DNA of 64,000 nt from Lewinellaceae bacterium (GTDB taxonomy: Bacteria; Bacteroidota; Bacteroidia; Chitinophagales; Saprospiraceae): the NCBI GenBank assembly GCA_020636255.1, contig JACJYE010000003.1, forward strand, positions 125,538 through 189,537, in the 5' to 3' direction. The notes below the pieces were generated by a model. The model searched no databases, had not been told where the DNA came from, and saw only the letters and a list, made by a program, of their open reading frames with translations. Within the stretch, counting starts at the first letter, position 1. Every line of letters starts with the position of its first letter. Below, one piece after another: positions 21,101-31,175 of this stretch. The position numbers were made by a program, and so were the translations under genes.

Positions 21101-21925
21101 TGCACATTTGATCTCGAGGTGCATCCTGGGCTGTTCCTGCCTATCGAAGTAGCCCTGGAAAGAGAGCAACTTATCACCCAGCCGCAGGCTGGAAGGCAGC
21201 AGGCGGAGCCCCTTGTCCAACTCGGCCTTAACTTCCAGCAGCCCCGCCTGCTGCCGCAGGAAAGGGCCGTTCGCTGCTTTGAACACCAGGCCATGGATAT
21301 AACAACCACCCCGAAGGGACAGGGAAAGCCCCTTGTCGTGCCGGCGGATGGAGAGCCGCGCCTTGCTCAGGCCGAAATGATGGCGCTTGCCAAGCTGAGC
21401 GTCCACCCATTCCACCTCCAGGCCGTTGATACTGATCTTGTTTATAGGGAAAAGGGCTGCTGAGGTATCCGCTATAGCCTCGCCGAGCCTTCCATCCAGA
21501 AACCCGGCATTGAATTGCCCTTCCGGTGAGCGGTACAACCACAGGCGCGCACTGTCGACCGACAGGCGGCGGGCCTCGAATTTGCGGCGCAGCAGCTTCC
21601 ACGGCCTGAATTGCAGGCTGGCAGCTTTGGCGTAGAACAAGCTACGCCCCGTACCGTCATCGCAGGAACCCTGCAATTGTATATCTTCGAGGGTAAGTGA
21701 TAAAAAAGGGAAATGTTCCAGATAATCGAAACGGTAGGCCCCAACCGTAACCGGCGCCCCGAACTGCTCCTGAAAGGCCTCCTCCACCAGGGCTGGCACC
21801 TGTTCCTGCCCTGAAGCAGCAAGGTAATAGCCCACACCCGTCAGGATAAGTAGCAAGGTGGCCAATACGGCTATCCCCCTGAGCAGGTATCGGAATAAGA
21901 GCCTTTTTTTGCGGGGCCGGGCCAT
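18119..21925 (-). CDS. Very large membrane-anchored AsmA-family / TamB-like protein.
   Basis: 1268 aa from 'MARPRKKRLLFRYLLRGIAVLATLLLILTGVGYYLAA' (one N-terminal TM helix), followed by a long beta-rich region. Architecture and size are typical of AsmA/TamB-like proteins. Start taken at the Met preceding the TM helix rather than the ORF-track start at 22123. Confidence 0.6.
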   Translation of the reverse strand: MARPRKKRLLFRYLLRGIAVLATLLLILTGVGYYLAASGQEQVPALVEEAFQEQFGAPVTVGAYRFDYLEHFPFLSLTLEDIQLQGSCDDGTGRSLFYAKAASLQFRPWKLLRRKFEARRLSVDSARLWLYRSPEGQFNAGFLDGRLGEAIADTSAALFPINKISINGLEVEWVDAQLGKRHHFGLSKARLSIRRHDKGLSLSLRGGCYIHGLVFKAANGPFLRQQAGLLEVKAELDKGLRLLPSSLRLGDKLLSFQGYFDRQEQPRMHLEIKCAGLLLGETRQLLADNLQRALEPYTISSPLQFVLSIDGPLAPGQQGIRVDFSARDALVAVNKLRFTEAVFSGNYRNHCDSTAPITPNGDCLDIEFSAARFRGSIPMRLSCHAEGLKAPIVQISGEAEFPLEQLNPYLPAERLRCLEGVAKARFTMQGQSGPALSGLLLDGEARIEGGALEYLPGAVRAEGLDARLLFQGEHLQVEYARMSVNGGPIELKGWVYGFTPFLLNGRDTLLGELDVEARRLDFNGLLQTPAASAGPGPVTGDYRFRFNVSSAEVRYRKLQASDARFRLEVVCPCAEGGACLQVDSLSARIFGQIGLEGALRATHLENPQLEMALRLSAALEHFGAIVPADKIRLGGGQLSMAMQYEGPLDDYFNLSEEALRGRFRGNARLRNASAEYLPRAYTIRRLDGDFHFDGLNLAIDSIALSLNDNMLQGHGQIEGLIPFLFRPGRRLKARVETRAVHLDLNQFPLKNQLSERRSRAGFHPNRLAKALDAALASIEGELRVSADTLHFRNVDFTQAAFSGRILGRCEGQQDESGCVVIDTFSGKLFGTAPIRATVAVQDLDAPFFIADARVSMPLKEMNRMFPPDRFAFYGGLADVAFHYEGRPQGQFDVEHALLKASIQGTARISGAALDYKPRGYRLEDMAAELVFDEQGLTVKKLALLLNGNAVRLHGQFYDFLPFLFLPERELRASLELYSPHFDFGHFKAPQKFLPNLKKGPYHPTPISKLVLAGLDHLDAELEVRLDTVSYRHFRASDMSGVFRMAPGLLGIRDASMALAGGQFRLDGQISGLEENAPDIDLRAGFRGADIQQAFRAFDNFGQQGLVAGNIEGRLTAEATFRARANANYDILPESMEGLIGLKVEDGALISLPALDSVQNFLLRKRKLSHIRFATLENTFRLQGRDLFIDHFFVYSTALTFGVEGRYGLGEHPTNLIFELPVGNLFSPGLKPEALHKAGARGKGPALLIRAREDESGKLNFRLVLSRKE

Positions 21926-21946
21926 TGACAGTTTTTGGGTTTCTCT

Positions 21947-22024
21947 TAGAGCTTGTTTGGAGGCCACCCTATGGGCTAAAATACGTCCCTTTTTATCTCC
22001 AAAAGCGGCCTCCAAACAAGCTCT
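21947..22024. repeat. MITE-like arrangement: two inverted copies of the TAGAGCTTGTTTGGAGGCC element flanking a 38-bp spacer, 22 bp upstream of the AsmA-like gene start.
   Basis: 'ttagagcttgtttggaggcc' (21947-21966) ... 'ggcctccaaacaagctct' (22005-22022). Confidence 0.7.
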
Positions 22025-22186
22025 GGTGTAATTTTCCGCGTGTATAACGCTGAAGGGGGCCCTTAAAGTTTGGCAGTACGCTGCTACCAAACTGGAGTTT
22101 GGCAGTACGTTTACAAAAAACACCAGCTTAGGGATTTGCCCATCCCCTCAACTTTACGGAATTTCGCGCGAAACGCCGTTTCGAGT

Positions 22187-24121
22187 ATGAAAAACAAGCA
22201 ACTACTATTTGGCGGGCTGATCGGGCTGGCCGTACTGGCCGCCACCTTTTTCCCTATCGGCCACAAGGGAAGGGCATTTCACACGGAAGCCGAGCTGGGG
22301 CTGTTGCGGCAGATCATGGCCTTCCCCATCGATTCCTCGGTCATCTTCCCTACCGCCCAGGCCTGCCAGGGCTGCCATGGCCATGACACCAACCACTATG
22401 CCCTGGTGGACTTTTTCGGTAACGACGTCAACATGTTTGACGACTGGCGGGCCACCATGATGGCCAATTCCGCCAAAGACCCCTTCTGGCGGGCAAAGGT
22501 CAGCCACGAGATCCTCGTCAACCCTGCCTTTAAGAACGAGATCGAAAGCAAGTGCACTTCCTGCCATGCGCCTATGGGGCACTACACCGCCCTCTACCGC
22601 GGCCACGAGTACTATACGATGGAAGACCTGCTGCAGGATACCATCGGCCTGGATGGCGTTTCCTGTTCCACCTGCCACAAGATCAGCGATCTGCAGATCG
22701 GGGATCTCCATTCGGGCAACATCAATTTTGACACCAACCGGGTCGTTTACGGGCCCTATCCCCTACCCTTTTCTCCGCCCATGGCCGACTTCGTAGGGCT
22801 TACCCCCCTGTTCAGCGACCACATCAGCGACGCCGGCCTTTGCGCCTCCTGCCATACCTTGCTTACGGATGCCATCGGCACCAACGGGCAGCCTACGGGC
22901 ACGACATTCGTAGAACAGGCCACCTACCACGAATGGCTCAACTCCGATTTTGAAACCGACAATATCACCTGCCAGGGTTGCCACATGCCGCGCCTGGAAG
23001 AAGCGGTGGTCATTTCCGCCAACTACCTCTTCCTGGAAGGCCGCAGCCCCTTCGGCCTGCATACGCTCACCGGCGCCAACACCTTCATGCTGCAACTGAT
23101 GAAGGAATACCGCGAACAGCTCGGCATCGACGCCCTGCCTGAACACTATGACGAAACCATCGCCGCTACCTACGACATGCTGCAGAACCAGTCGCTCTAT
23201 ACCAGCCTGGAATGGCAAGGTGTAGAACAGGATACGGCCTATTTCCAGCTGAAGCTTACCAACAGAGCGGGCCATAAGTTCCCATCGGGTTACCCCGCCC
23301 GCCGCCTGTTCATTGAATTCGTGGTAACAACGGAAACAGGAGACACCCTCTTCCATTCCGGCCGATACAACAGCCAGTACGAACTGGTGGATGAAGATGC
23401 GGGTGTTGAGCCCCACTACGATGTCATCAGCCGCCCCGAGCAGGTGCAGATCTACGAATTGGCTGCCGGCGATGATAACGGCCAGTTTACCGTAGTGCTG
23501 GAGTATGCCTACACCACCCTGAAAGACAACCGCCTGGCCCCCGCCGGCTTCACCTTGTCCGACCCCGTTTACGACACCACCCGCATCGTGGGTGGCGCTC
23601 TGCAGGATGCGGATTTCAACCACGAAAACGGCGTGGAAGGCTCCGGCAGCGATATCCTGCATTTCCATATCCCCACCCAGGGTTATGCCGGCCCCGTAGA
23701 GGTAACGGCACGTGCATATTACCACTCCCTGCCCCCCAAATGGCTGGCGCCCGTACTGGCGGCATCGACGCCCCAGATCGACACCTTCCGCCACATGCTC
23801 AACACCATGGATAACGCCCCCGTGCTGGTGGCAGAGCGCTCACTAACAGACGTGGAATTCCCGATCGTGGAACACACCCGAGACATCGCCCTCCAGGAAG
23901 TAAAAGTTTTCCCCAATCCTACCCGCGACGGCAAGGTGCAACTCACCATACCGGAAGCCGTAAAGCTGAAAGCCGCGGTGCTGTATGATGAAAAAGGGCG
24001 GCAGCTCAGGGAATGGAACGAAGATATCAGAAGCTTATCCCTGCCTGAAGCCGGCGTGTATTTTTTGAGGTTGAAAACGAACAAAGGGGAAGTTGTGAAA
24101 AAAGTAGTGCGGATGGATTGA
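22187..24121 (+). CDS. Pentaheme c-type cytochrome with a C-terminal T9SS (type-A Por) sorting domain.
   Basis: N-terminal signal/anchor 'MKNKQLLFGGLIGLAVLAATFF'. Five CxxCH motifs: 'CQGCHGH', 'CTSCHAP', 'CSTCHKI', 'CASCHTL', 'CQGCHMP'. C-terminal 'VKVFPNPTRDGKVQLTIP...AGVYFLRLKTNKGEVVKKVVRMD' matches the T9SS CTD. Confidence 0.8.
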   Translation: MKNKQLLFGGLIGLAVLAATFFPIGHKGRAFHTEAELGLLRQIMAFPIDSSVIFPTAQACQGCHGHDTNHYALVDFFGNDVNMFDDWRATMMANSAKDPFWRAKVSHEILVNPAFKNEIESKCTSCHAPMGHYTALYRGHEYYTMEDLLQDTIGLDGVSCSTCHKISDLQIGDLHSGNINFDTNRVVYGPYPLPFSPPMADFVGLTPLFSDHISDAGLCASCHTLLTDAIGTNGQPTGTTFVEQATYHEWLNSDFETDNITCQGCHMPRLEEAVVISANYLFLEGRSPFGLHTLTGANTFMLQLMKEYREQLGIDALPEHYDETIAATYDMLQNQSLYTSLEWQGVEQDTAYFQLKLTNRAGHKFPSGYPARRLFIEFVVTTETGDTLFHSGRYNSQYELVDEDAGVEPHYDVISRPEQVQIYELAAGDDNGQFTVVLEYAYTTLKDNRLAPAGFTLSDPVYDTTRIVGGALQDADFNHENGVEGSGSDILHFHIPTQGYAGPVEVTARAYYHSLPPKWLAPVLAASTPQIDTFRHMLNTMDNAPVLVAERSLTDVEFPIVEHTRDIALQEVKVFPNPTRDGKVQLTIPEAVKLKAAVLYDEKGRQLREWNEDIRSLSLPEAGVYFLRLKTNKGEVVKKVVRMD

Positions 24122-24148
24122 TTGCCGATTGTAGCATACAGGTAAGGC

Positions 24149-24197
24149 GTCATGGGGTGGCTGTCCTGTGGTAAAACAAGGACAGCCACCCCATGAC
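24149..24197. terminator. Strong 18-bp-stem hairpin in the convergent gap after the cytochrome gene.
   Basis: 'gtcatggggtggctgtcc' ... 'ggacagccaccccatgac', loop 13 nt. No clear U-tract. Confidence 0.5.
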
Positions 24198-24297
24198 TGG
24201 CAAGGCACTAGTGTCGTGGGGCAGGAACCAAAACCTCTCGCGAACAGCTATTATACATTTTTTACCCGCGGCGCCAGAAGCCCGTCTTCTATTGTGG

Positions 24298-27123
24298 TTA
24301 CTGCTTCACCACCTTCTCCACATAGATCTGCTTGCCATCCACTAATTGCAGGTAATACAAGCCGGCAGGCAGGCCAGTCATAGCCAGCTGATAACTGGCA
24401 GCCCCCCTTTCCACAGGCTGTACAAGCACGGCTTTGCCCGTGGCGTCCAGCAGGCGCAGCAGGGTTTCTGCCTGTCCCATTGGCGGCAGGGTAATATCTA
24501 TCAGTCCGGATGTAGGGTTGGGCGCGAAGCGCAGGCGGTTATCGGTTAACGCCGGTTCTTCCGTACCGACCAGTTCAATACCCACTGCCGTACGCTCGCT
24601 CACGCACTCGAAACTAGGCTTCTGAATGCGCCAGTCGTAGAAATAATAGTAGCGGTCGGAGCCGAGCGTAGAGGTATTGAGGGAAAGCACTTCGTCTACC
24701 ACATACGGATATTGGATGCCCGAGTCGGAGCGCTGCAGTCGGGGGCTGGCGTAACCAAACAGGGCCTGGTTGCTGGCCGTATTGGTCGTCAGCTTCAGCT
24801 CCGTTCCCGGTTCTACTTCAAACTCCAGGGCGATCACGGATTCGCCTACCGGAATGGCCACTTCTTTGCTCTGCAGCACGTTGCCGGAAGCATCCTGTAA
24901 TTCGATGATGCGGCTGCCTTCCGTATCGGTGTACACTTTGACCGTATGCAGGGTGAAGGGGCTGTAACAGTCAAAAACGATATCTCCATTGAACTGGTTG
25001 CCGCTGTAGGCGCCGCCCTGATGCTCCGGCTGGCCGGTGGCGTACTGCTCGCCGGGGTACAGCGCTATGTTTTCAGCATAAAAAACGGTGTCGGATTGTA
25101 TGGGCGTAGATAGCAGGTTGCCAAAAGCAAAAGGTTCGGTAGCATCCGGGCTTACATACCAGAAAACGTTGCTGCCCGTTACGCTAATCTCAGCAATAGT
25201 ATCCACGAGCACCTCTGACTCCAGTTGCGGAGCTTCGGAAGGCAAAGCGGCCACCGTCACCGGGGCGGATGTGAACTCCTGGCACAGGCCCGGCGTCGTC
25301 ACCGTATAATCGCCGGTTTCCGTCACCTCGATGGCCTGGCTGGTTTCGCCGTTCGACCAGCTGTAGCTCGGCGCATCCGAGGCGATGAGGGTAACAGAAC
25401 CACCGGAACAGAACCTGATCTCGCCTTCCACTTCAATACCGGGCGTCGCATCGGGGTTAACGATGATCTCCACGACAGGCGAAACGCCGAAGCAGGGCGA
25501 ACCATCGGTAATGGTGACGTTGTAGGCCCCCTGTTCCGTCACTGCTATAGCTTGCGTCGTATCGCCGGTACTCCATTGGTAGAAGTAACCTTCCGGAGCG
25601 TAGAGCGTTACCGTATCACCATTGCAGATGGTGCTCGCCCCTTCCTGGGTGATGATGGCCGTAGGCGAAGTACAGGCATCTTCTACCAGGGTGACGAACT
25701 GGTTGGCCGACAGCTGTTCGTAATGGTCAACCACGCCGCTTGGCCAGCGCACGGTGAGCGAATCCACCATGTCGTACTGCCCCAGGCCAAAGTGCTGTGT
25801 CAGGGTATTCATAATGCCGTAGCTCTCACCGGCGCGCACTTCGCGCACCTGCATGCCCCATCCGCCGTATATCTCTATCCGGGCTCCGATGCCATTGCGG
25901 TTGCTCTGCTCACCGATCAGGCTGACGGCAAAGAAGTTATTACCGCTGGCCGCATCGTTCAGCCATAGTACGTCATCAATACTGCTCGGCGTAGTGTATA
26001 CCTGGGCATAGCCGCCATAGATATCCAGATAACCGTCGTGGTTGAGGTCGCCGATGGCGTAGGACTCCATCCAGTTGTTGTCGAACAAACCCGTTATTTC
26101 GGTGAAGGTCTTATCGCCATTATTGTGAAAGAACTGGTGGCGCGTGCCTGCCACCAGGATGTCAACCCAGCCGTCATTGTCGAAATCGCGCATCACGCCC
26201 TGTAATGGCAGGCCCTGGACCACGACCCCACTGGCGCTGGTAATATCGGTAAAATGCCCGGCGCCGTCATTTTCCAGCAGCATACTGGGCACGTCGTGGT
26301 TGGTGATAAAACAATCGTAATCGCCGTCGTTGTCGATATCCTGAAAATCGGCCGTCCAGGACTGGGCGCCTATCTTGAGGTTGAAGGAATCGGCCATCTC
26401 GGTAAAATGCCCGGTACCGTCATTGACGAAAAGGGCGTTGATGCGGCGCGGGTCGGATGGGTTATTAACCCCCTGGCGGCATTTGGCGATATAGAGGTCG
26501 GTATCGCCGTCGTTGTCAAAATCCGTCCAGATACTGCCGTAGTTACCGGAATTGTCGGAAGCGGGCACGGTGGCCATATCGATCCAGTCGTCGGCCGCCA
26601 CGAAATGGCCGGTGCTGTCGTTGGCCCAAATGCGGCTTTCGCCGTCGTCGTGGCATGCGAAGTAGTCGATATAACCATCGTTGTTGATATCGGCAAGGTT
26701 AGAGCCCTGGACGAACATCCCGGCCCCGGGCAGGGTGCTCATCTCGAAAGCCGTGCCATTCTGAGTGGCATGCACCAGTTTGACGCCGTCATAACGGCCG
26801 CCGGTGACGACGTCGTTGTAACCGTCGTTGTCCACATCGGCGGCACACATGCTCCACTGGCTCTGCGCAGACACCTGGCCGAAGGTATAGTTAAGGAACT
26901 GGGCGTTGCCCAATTGCTGGTATTCAATTTGCAGCTCCCGCCCCTGCGACAGACGCACGATATCATCGAGCCCGTCACCGTTCATGTCGAGCACAGCAAT
27001 GGCTACCCCGCTGTGGAAATTGGGGTTGGTAAGGCGCTCATTGGCGTTCGTAAAACTGGCCTGCCCAGCGGAGAGCAGAGGGAGGGCAAGGAGAAAGCAG
27101 ATAATGGCGTAAAGTTTTGACAT
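24298..27123 (-). CDS. FG-GAP/VCBS-repeat + ASPIC/UnbV-domain protein (CRTAC1-like) with Ig-like repeats and a T9SS type-A CTD.
   Basis: Signal peptide. Repeated 'DxDxDGxxD' loops ('DMNGDGLDDIV', 'DVDNDGYNDVV', 'DFDNDGDTDLYI', 'DIDNDGDYDCF', 'DFDNDGWVDIL'). 'RNGIGARIEIYGGWGMQVREV...' UnbV/ASPIC block. C-terminal '...LYYLQLVDGKQIYVEKVVKQ' CTD. Confidence 0.85.
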   Translation of the reverse strand: MSKLYAIICFLLALPLLSAGQASFTNANERLTNPNFHSGVAIAVLDMNGDGLDDIVRLSQGRELQIEYQQLGNAQFLNYTFGQVSAQSQWSMCAADVDNDGYNDVVTGGRYDGVKLVHATQNGTAFEMSTLPGAGMFVQGSNLADINNDGYIDYFACHDDGESRIWANDSTGHFVAADDWIDMATVPASDNSGNYGSIWTDFDNDGDTDLYIAKCRQGVNNPSDPRRINALFVNDGTGHFTEMADSFNLKIGAQSWTADFQDIDNDGDYDCFITNHDVPSMLLENDGAGHFTDITSASGVVVQGLPLQGVMRDFDNDGWVDILVAGTRHQFFHNNGDKTFTEITGLFDNNWMESYAIGDLNHDGYLDIYGGYAQVYTTPSSIDDVLWLNDAASGNNFFAVSLIGEQSNRNGIGARIEIYGGWGMQVREVRAGESYGIMNTLTQHFGLGQYDMVDSLTVRWPSGVVDHYEQLSANQFVTLVEDACTSPTAIITQEGASTICNGDTVTLYAPEGYFYQWSTGDTTQAIAVTEQGAYNVTITDGSPCFGVSPVVEIIVNPDATPGIEVEGEIRFCSGGSVTLIASDAPSYSWSNGETSQAIEVTETGDYTVTTPGLCQEFTSAPVTVAALPSEAPQLESEVLVDTIAEISVTGSNVFWYVSPDATEPFAFGNLLSTPIQSDTVFYAENIALYPGEQYATGQPEHQGGAYSGNQFNGDIVFDCYSPFTLHTVKVYTDTEGSRIIELQDASGNVLQSKEVAIPVGESVIALEFEVEPGTELKLTTNTASNQALFGYASPRLQRSDSGIQYPYVVDEVLSLNTSTLGSDRYYYFYDWRIQKPSFECVSERTAVGIELVGTEEPALTDNRLRFAPNPTSGLIDITLPPMGQAETLLRLLDATGKAVLVQPVERGAASYQLAMTGLPAGLYYLQLVDGKQIYVEKVVKQ

Positions 27124-27399
27124 GTATTCGAGGTTTTATCAAGGGAGAGGTAGTGATGCATGTTACAAGTTGCATGTTGGAGCTTTCCCCGTAACCTGAA
27201 ACATTTAACCTGAAACCTGGAACAGCCCAGGCTTCCATCCCGCCCTTTTGTTCACAATCAATTTGGGGCATGAAAATACGCTGCTTTAGCATGGCTGCAA
27301 AAGTTAATGTTCAAAAAGTAAGGAGGTTGTCAAAGGACACCTTTCACCGGTGACAAAAGTCTTTTCCGTGCAGTTGAAAATTCGGTATCATCGCCCTGA

Positions 27400-28842
<1,443 letters not shown>

Positions 28843-28970
28843 CAGTTTACTGGCAGTAATGCCACAAAAAGAGCCCCGGATCTGGGCCGGGGCTCGCCAT
28901 ATACAAGTTTCCACGCAATATCACTCAAAAAGCTTATGCCAGGTCATTTTGCCTATCTGACAAAGCAAAA

Positions 28971-28995
28971 AAGCCCGGGGCCGCAGCCCGGGCTT
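28971..28995. terminator. Bidirectional rho-independent terminator between tnaA-like and the DinB-like gene.
   Basis: Stem 'aagcccggg' / 'cccgggctt' flanked by A-run upstream and 'ttttaatttt' downstream. Confidence 0.65.
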
Positions 28996-29039
28996 TTAAT
29001 TTTCCGAAAACCGTGAAGCGCACATACATGGGCCTGCTA

Positions 29040-29567
29040 TCAGCCTGTATGACGGCTCTCTGCTATTATCCTAAGGTGTTCCAGATGGTGGCGGCTATGC
29101 CAGTCGTAAAGCGCCAGGAATTCGAGCAGCGATACATCTCTGTGATGCTCGGGATGGAAACCGGTGCGTTCCCACTGCGGGCCGGAAATACCCTCCAGCA
29201 GGCTCACCCAACGCCGGTGCAGGCCGTCCAGGATGGACAAGGAAGCTTCAACCGGTGCGAAATAAGTATCTTGGAGCTCCGCCCACAATTTCTCCTCATA
29301 AGTTTTCAAAACGGGTTTTTCTTCCGTGAGTATCAATTTGAACCTTATATAGGCATTCATGTGGCTGTCGGCAATATGGTGTATGAGCTGCCGGGCAGAC
29401 CAGCCGCCGGGGCGGTACGACTGTTCCAGTTGCGCTTCTGTGAAATGTTCCACTACTCCACGCAAGCGCTCCGGCAGCCGGCGTATCGTATCGATGTAGC
29501 CGTTTCTTTGCGCTTCGCCATAAGGCTGATATTTAAATTCTCCGATCGGATATTGCTGTTCGTACAT
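29040..29567 (-). CDS. DinB/YfiT-family (DinB_2) putative metal-dependent hydrolase/thiol transferase.
   Basis: 175 aa with 'QLIHHIADSHMNAYIRFK' and 'YDWHSRHHLEHL' His triad characteristic of the DinB_2 family. Confidence 0.85.
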   Translation of the reverse strand: MYEQQYPIGEFKYQPYGEAQRNGYIDTIRRLPERLRGVVEHFTEAQLEQSYRPGGWSARQLIHHIADSHMNAYIRFKLILTEEKPVLKTYEEKLWAELQDTYFAPVEASLSILDGLHRRWVSLLEGISGPQWERTGFHPEHHRDVSLLEFLALYDWHSRHHLEHLRIIAESRHTG

Positions 29568-29872
29568 TATGAATGGTTGTTTTTATTTTTTTAAAACACC
29601 TGTATTGCGTTTAACTTGTTGGCTTTCAAAACAATAAAACAACATTGTAATTTTTATTCTATCGGCAATAAATAGAAAAATATTTAAATCGAACTAAAAG
29701 AAACACCCAAACCCCCTGACAAAACTAACATTGTCTTAATCGCTTTTTCATTTGTTTCTTTTCGTTTTTTTTGCAATTAAAAAAAAATGCCGTTCATTTG
29801 CATCCAATTTAATACTAAAGAGCGTTGTATTTATAATGCTTCTTTCTATTTTCTAAAAAATGTGATCCTACT

Positions 29873-30637
29873 ATGAATTTTTCCAATTTAACACCTTTAG
29901 AAATACAAGACCTGATTAATTCTTACCGCTCTGAGTTGCGCAAGCTGGAATTCCAGGTACAGCATACGGCCGGGCTGCTTCAACAACTGGAAACGGCCCT
30001 TGCCAAAGCGGACACCGTGCTGGTCAATACGCCAACCGTTACGAGCGCTCCTGCTCAGGCAGAGGCAAAGCCTAGGCGGGGCCGCGGTAGGGCCAAGCAG
30101 GCCGGCGAGCAAGCCGCACCCAAAACCAAACCCGCAGGCCGCAGAGGCCGCCCGCGTAAAGCCAAGCCCGAAACTGCTGCGAAAGAAGCCCCCCAGGCCA
30201 CTGCTGAGGTAACTGCCGAACCACAAGCAAAAGCCAAAGCCCCCAGAGGCCCGAAAAAAGCCGGCAAAGCGCCGAAGGCAGCAGCGAAAGCAAAAAAAGA
30301 AACGGCAGCGAAAAAAGAACCAAAGGCAAAAGCAGAAGGGAAAAAAGCTCCGGGAAGGCAAGAACGCCTCTCCCCTATTGACAACCTGGTGATCGAAAGC
30401 CTGAAAGGCCAGCAAAAAGCGCTGATCACCAGCGAATTTGTAGATATTATCAAACAAAACCCCAGCATCAAGAGCGGCGAGGCCCAGGTAAAGGTGAAAT
30501 TAAACCGCAGCCTCCACAAACTGGCCAATAAGAAAGGTATGTTGGTTAAAGTGGAATACCCTGGCCGCGGCTACGCTTACGCCCTCAACGAATGGGTGAA
30601 CAATAAGGGCGAGCTGCCGAAGAAATACGCTCATTAA
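29873..30637 (+). CDS. Histone H1-like Lys/Ala/Pro-rich DNA-binding protein with AT-hook, N-terminal coiled coil and a C-terminal globular domain.
   Basis: 'GRRGRPRKAKP' AT-hook, long 'AKAKAPRGPKKAGKAPKAAAKAKKETAAKKEPKAKAEGKKAPG' H1-tail-like segment, and a C-terminal ~80-aa folded domain 'VKLNRSLHKLANKKGMLVKVEYPGRGYAYAL'. Preceded by a 300-bp AT-rich island. Confidence 0.7.
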   Translation: MNFSNLTPLEIQDLINSYRSELRKLEFQVQHTAGLLQQLETALAKADTVLVNTPTVTSAPAQAEAKPRRGRGRAKQAGEQAAPKTKPAGRRGRPRKAKPETAAKEAPQATAEVTAEPQAKAKAPRGPKKAGKAPKAAAKAKKETAAKKEPKAKAEGKKAPGRQERLSPIDNLVIESLKGQQKALITSEFVDIIKQNPSIKSGEAQVKVKLNRSLHKLANKKGMLVKVEYPGRGYAYALNEWVNNKGELPKKYAH

Positions 30638-30826
30638 TCCTATGCCAGGATTTTAGGTTAGGGATTAGATGGATTGCCAGGATTTGTGGAGGGGGCCAAA
30701 CCTGATGCATACCATTTGCCCTGAGAAATAGCATTAGATAAACATGAGTCATGTTTTTTTCTGTTGCGGCTTGCAAGGAAGGGCCGGAATGGTTAATATT
30801 GTAGTCCGTTATCGATACGGGCATTT

Positions 30827-30899
30827 GCGGCAGTAGCTCAGTTGGTAGAGCATCAGCTTCCCAAGCTGAGGGTCGCGAGTTCGAGTCTCGTTTGCCGCT
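30827..30899 (+). tRNA. tRNA-Gly (anticodon CCC).
   Basis: Cloverleaf by hand: acceptor gcggcag/ttgccgc (one G-U), D-arm gctc-agttggta-gagc, anticodon arm tcagc-ttCCCaa-gctga, variable loop gggtc, T-arm gcgag-ttcgagt-ctcgt, discriminator T. 73 nt, no encoded CCA. Confidence 0.85.
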
Positions 30900-30906
30900 C
30901 ATAATA

Positions 30907-30950
30907 AACAGGGCGCTGTTGGCCTCAACAGCGCCCTGTTCAGTTTTTTT
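30907..30950 (+). terminator. Rho-independent terminator following tRNA-Gly.
   Basis: 14-bp perfect stem 'aacagggcgctgtt' / 'aacagcgccctgtt', loop 'ggcctc', then 'cagttttttt'. Confidence 0.85.
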
Positions 30951-30973
30951 CACCCTATAACCCTTTACTATCC

Positions 30974-31129
30974 ATGCAAGAACTCGAATTAACGCTTACC
31001 GTCGAAGAAGTCAACCAAATCCTGGAAGCCCTTGGAAATCAGCCCTTCAAATCAGTGTTCGCCCTGATCGGGAAGATACAACGCCAGGCAGGAGAACAGC
31101 TCCAGGGTGGCGAGCTGCCGCCGGCATAG
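30974..31129 (+). CDS. Possible small (51-aa) protein; below ORF-track threshold.
   Basis: ATG at 30974 gives 'MQELELTLTVEEVNQILEALGNQPFKSVFALIGKIQRQAGEQLQGGELPPA*' with genome-typical codon usage. No homology recognised. Confidence 0.3.
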   Translation: MQELELTLTVEEVNQILEALGNQPFKSVFALIGKIQRQAGEQLQGGELPPA

Positions 31130-31175
31130 CCTATTATTCCCGCGGGTTTGAACAAACCCGCGGGGATAAAAAGGC

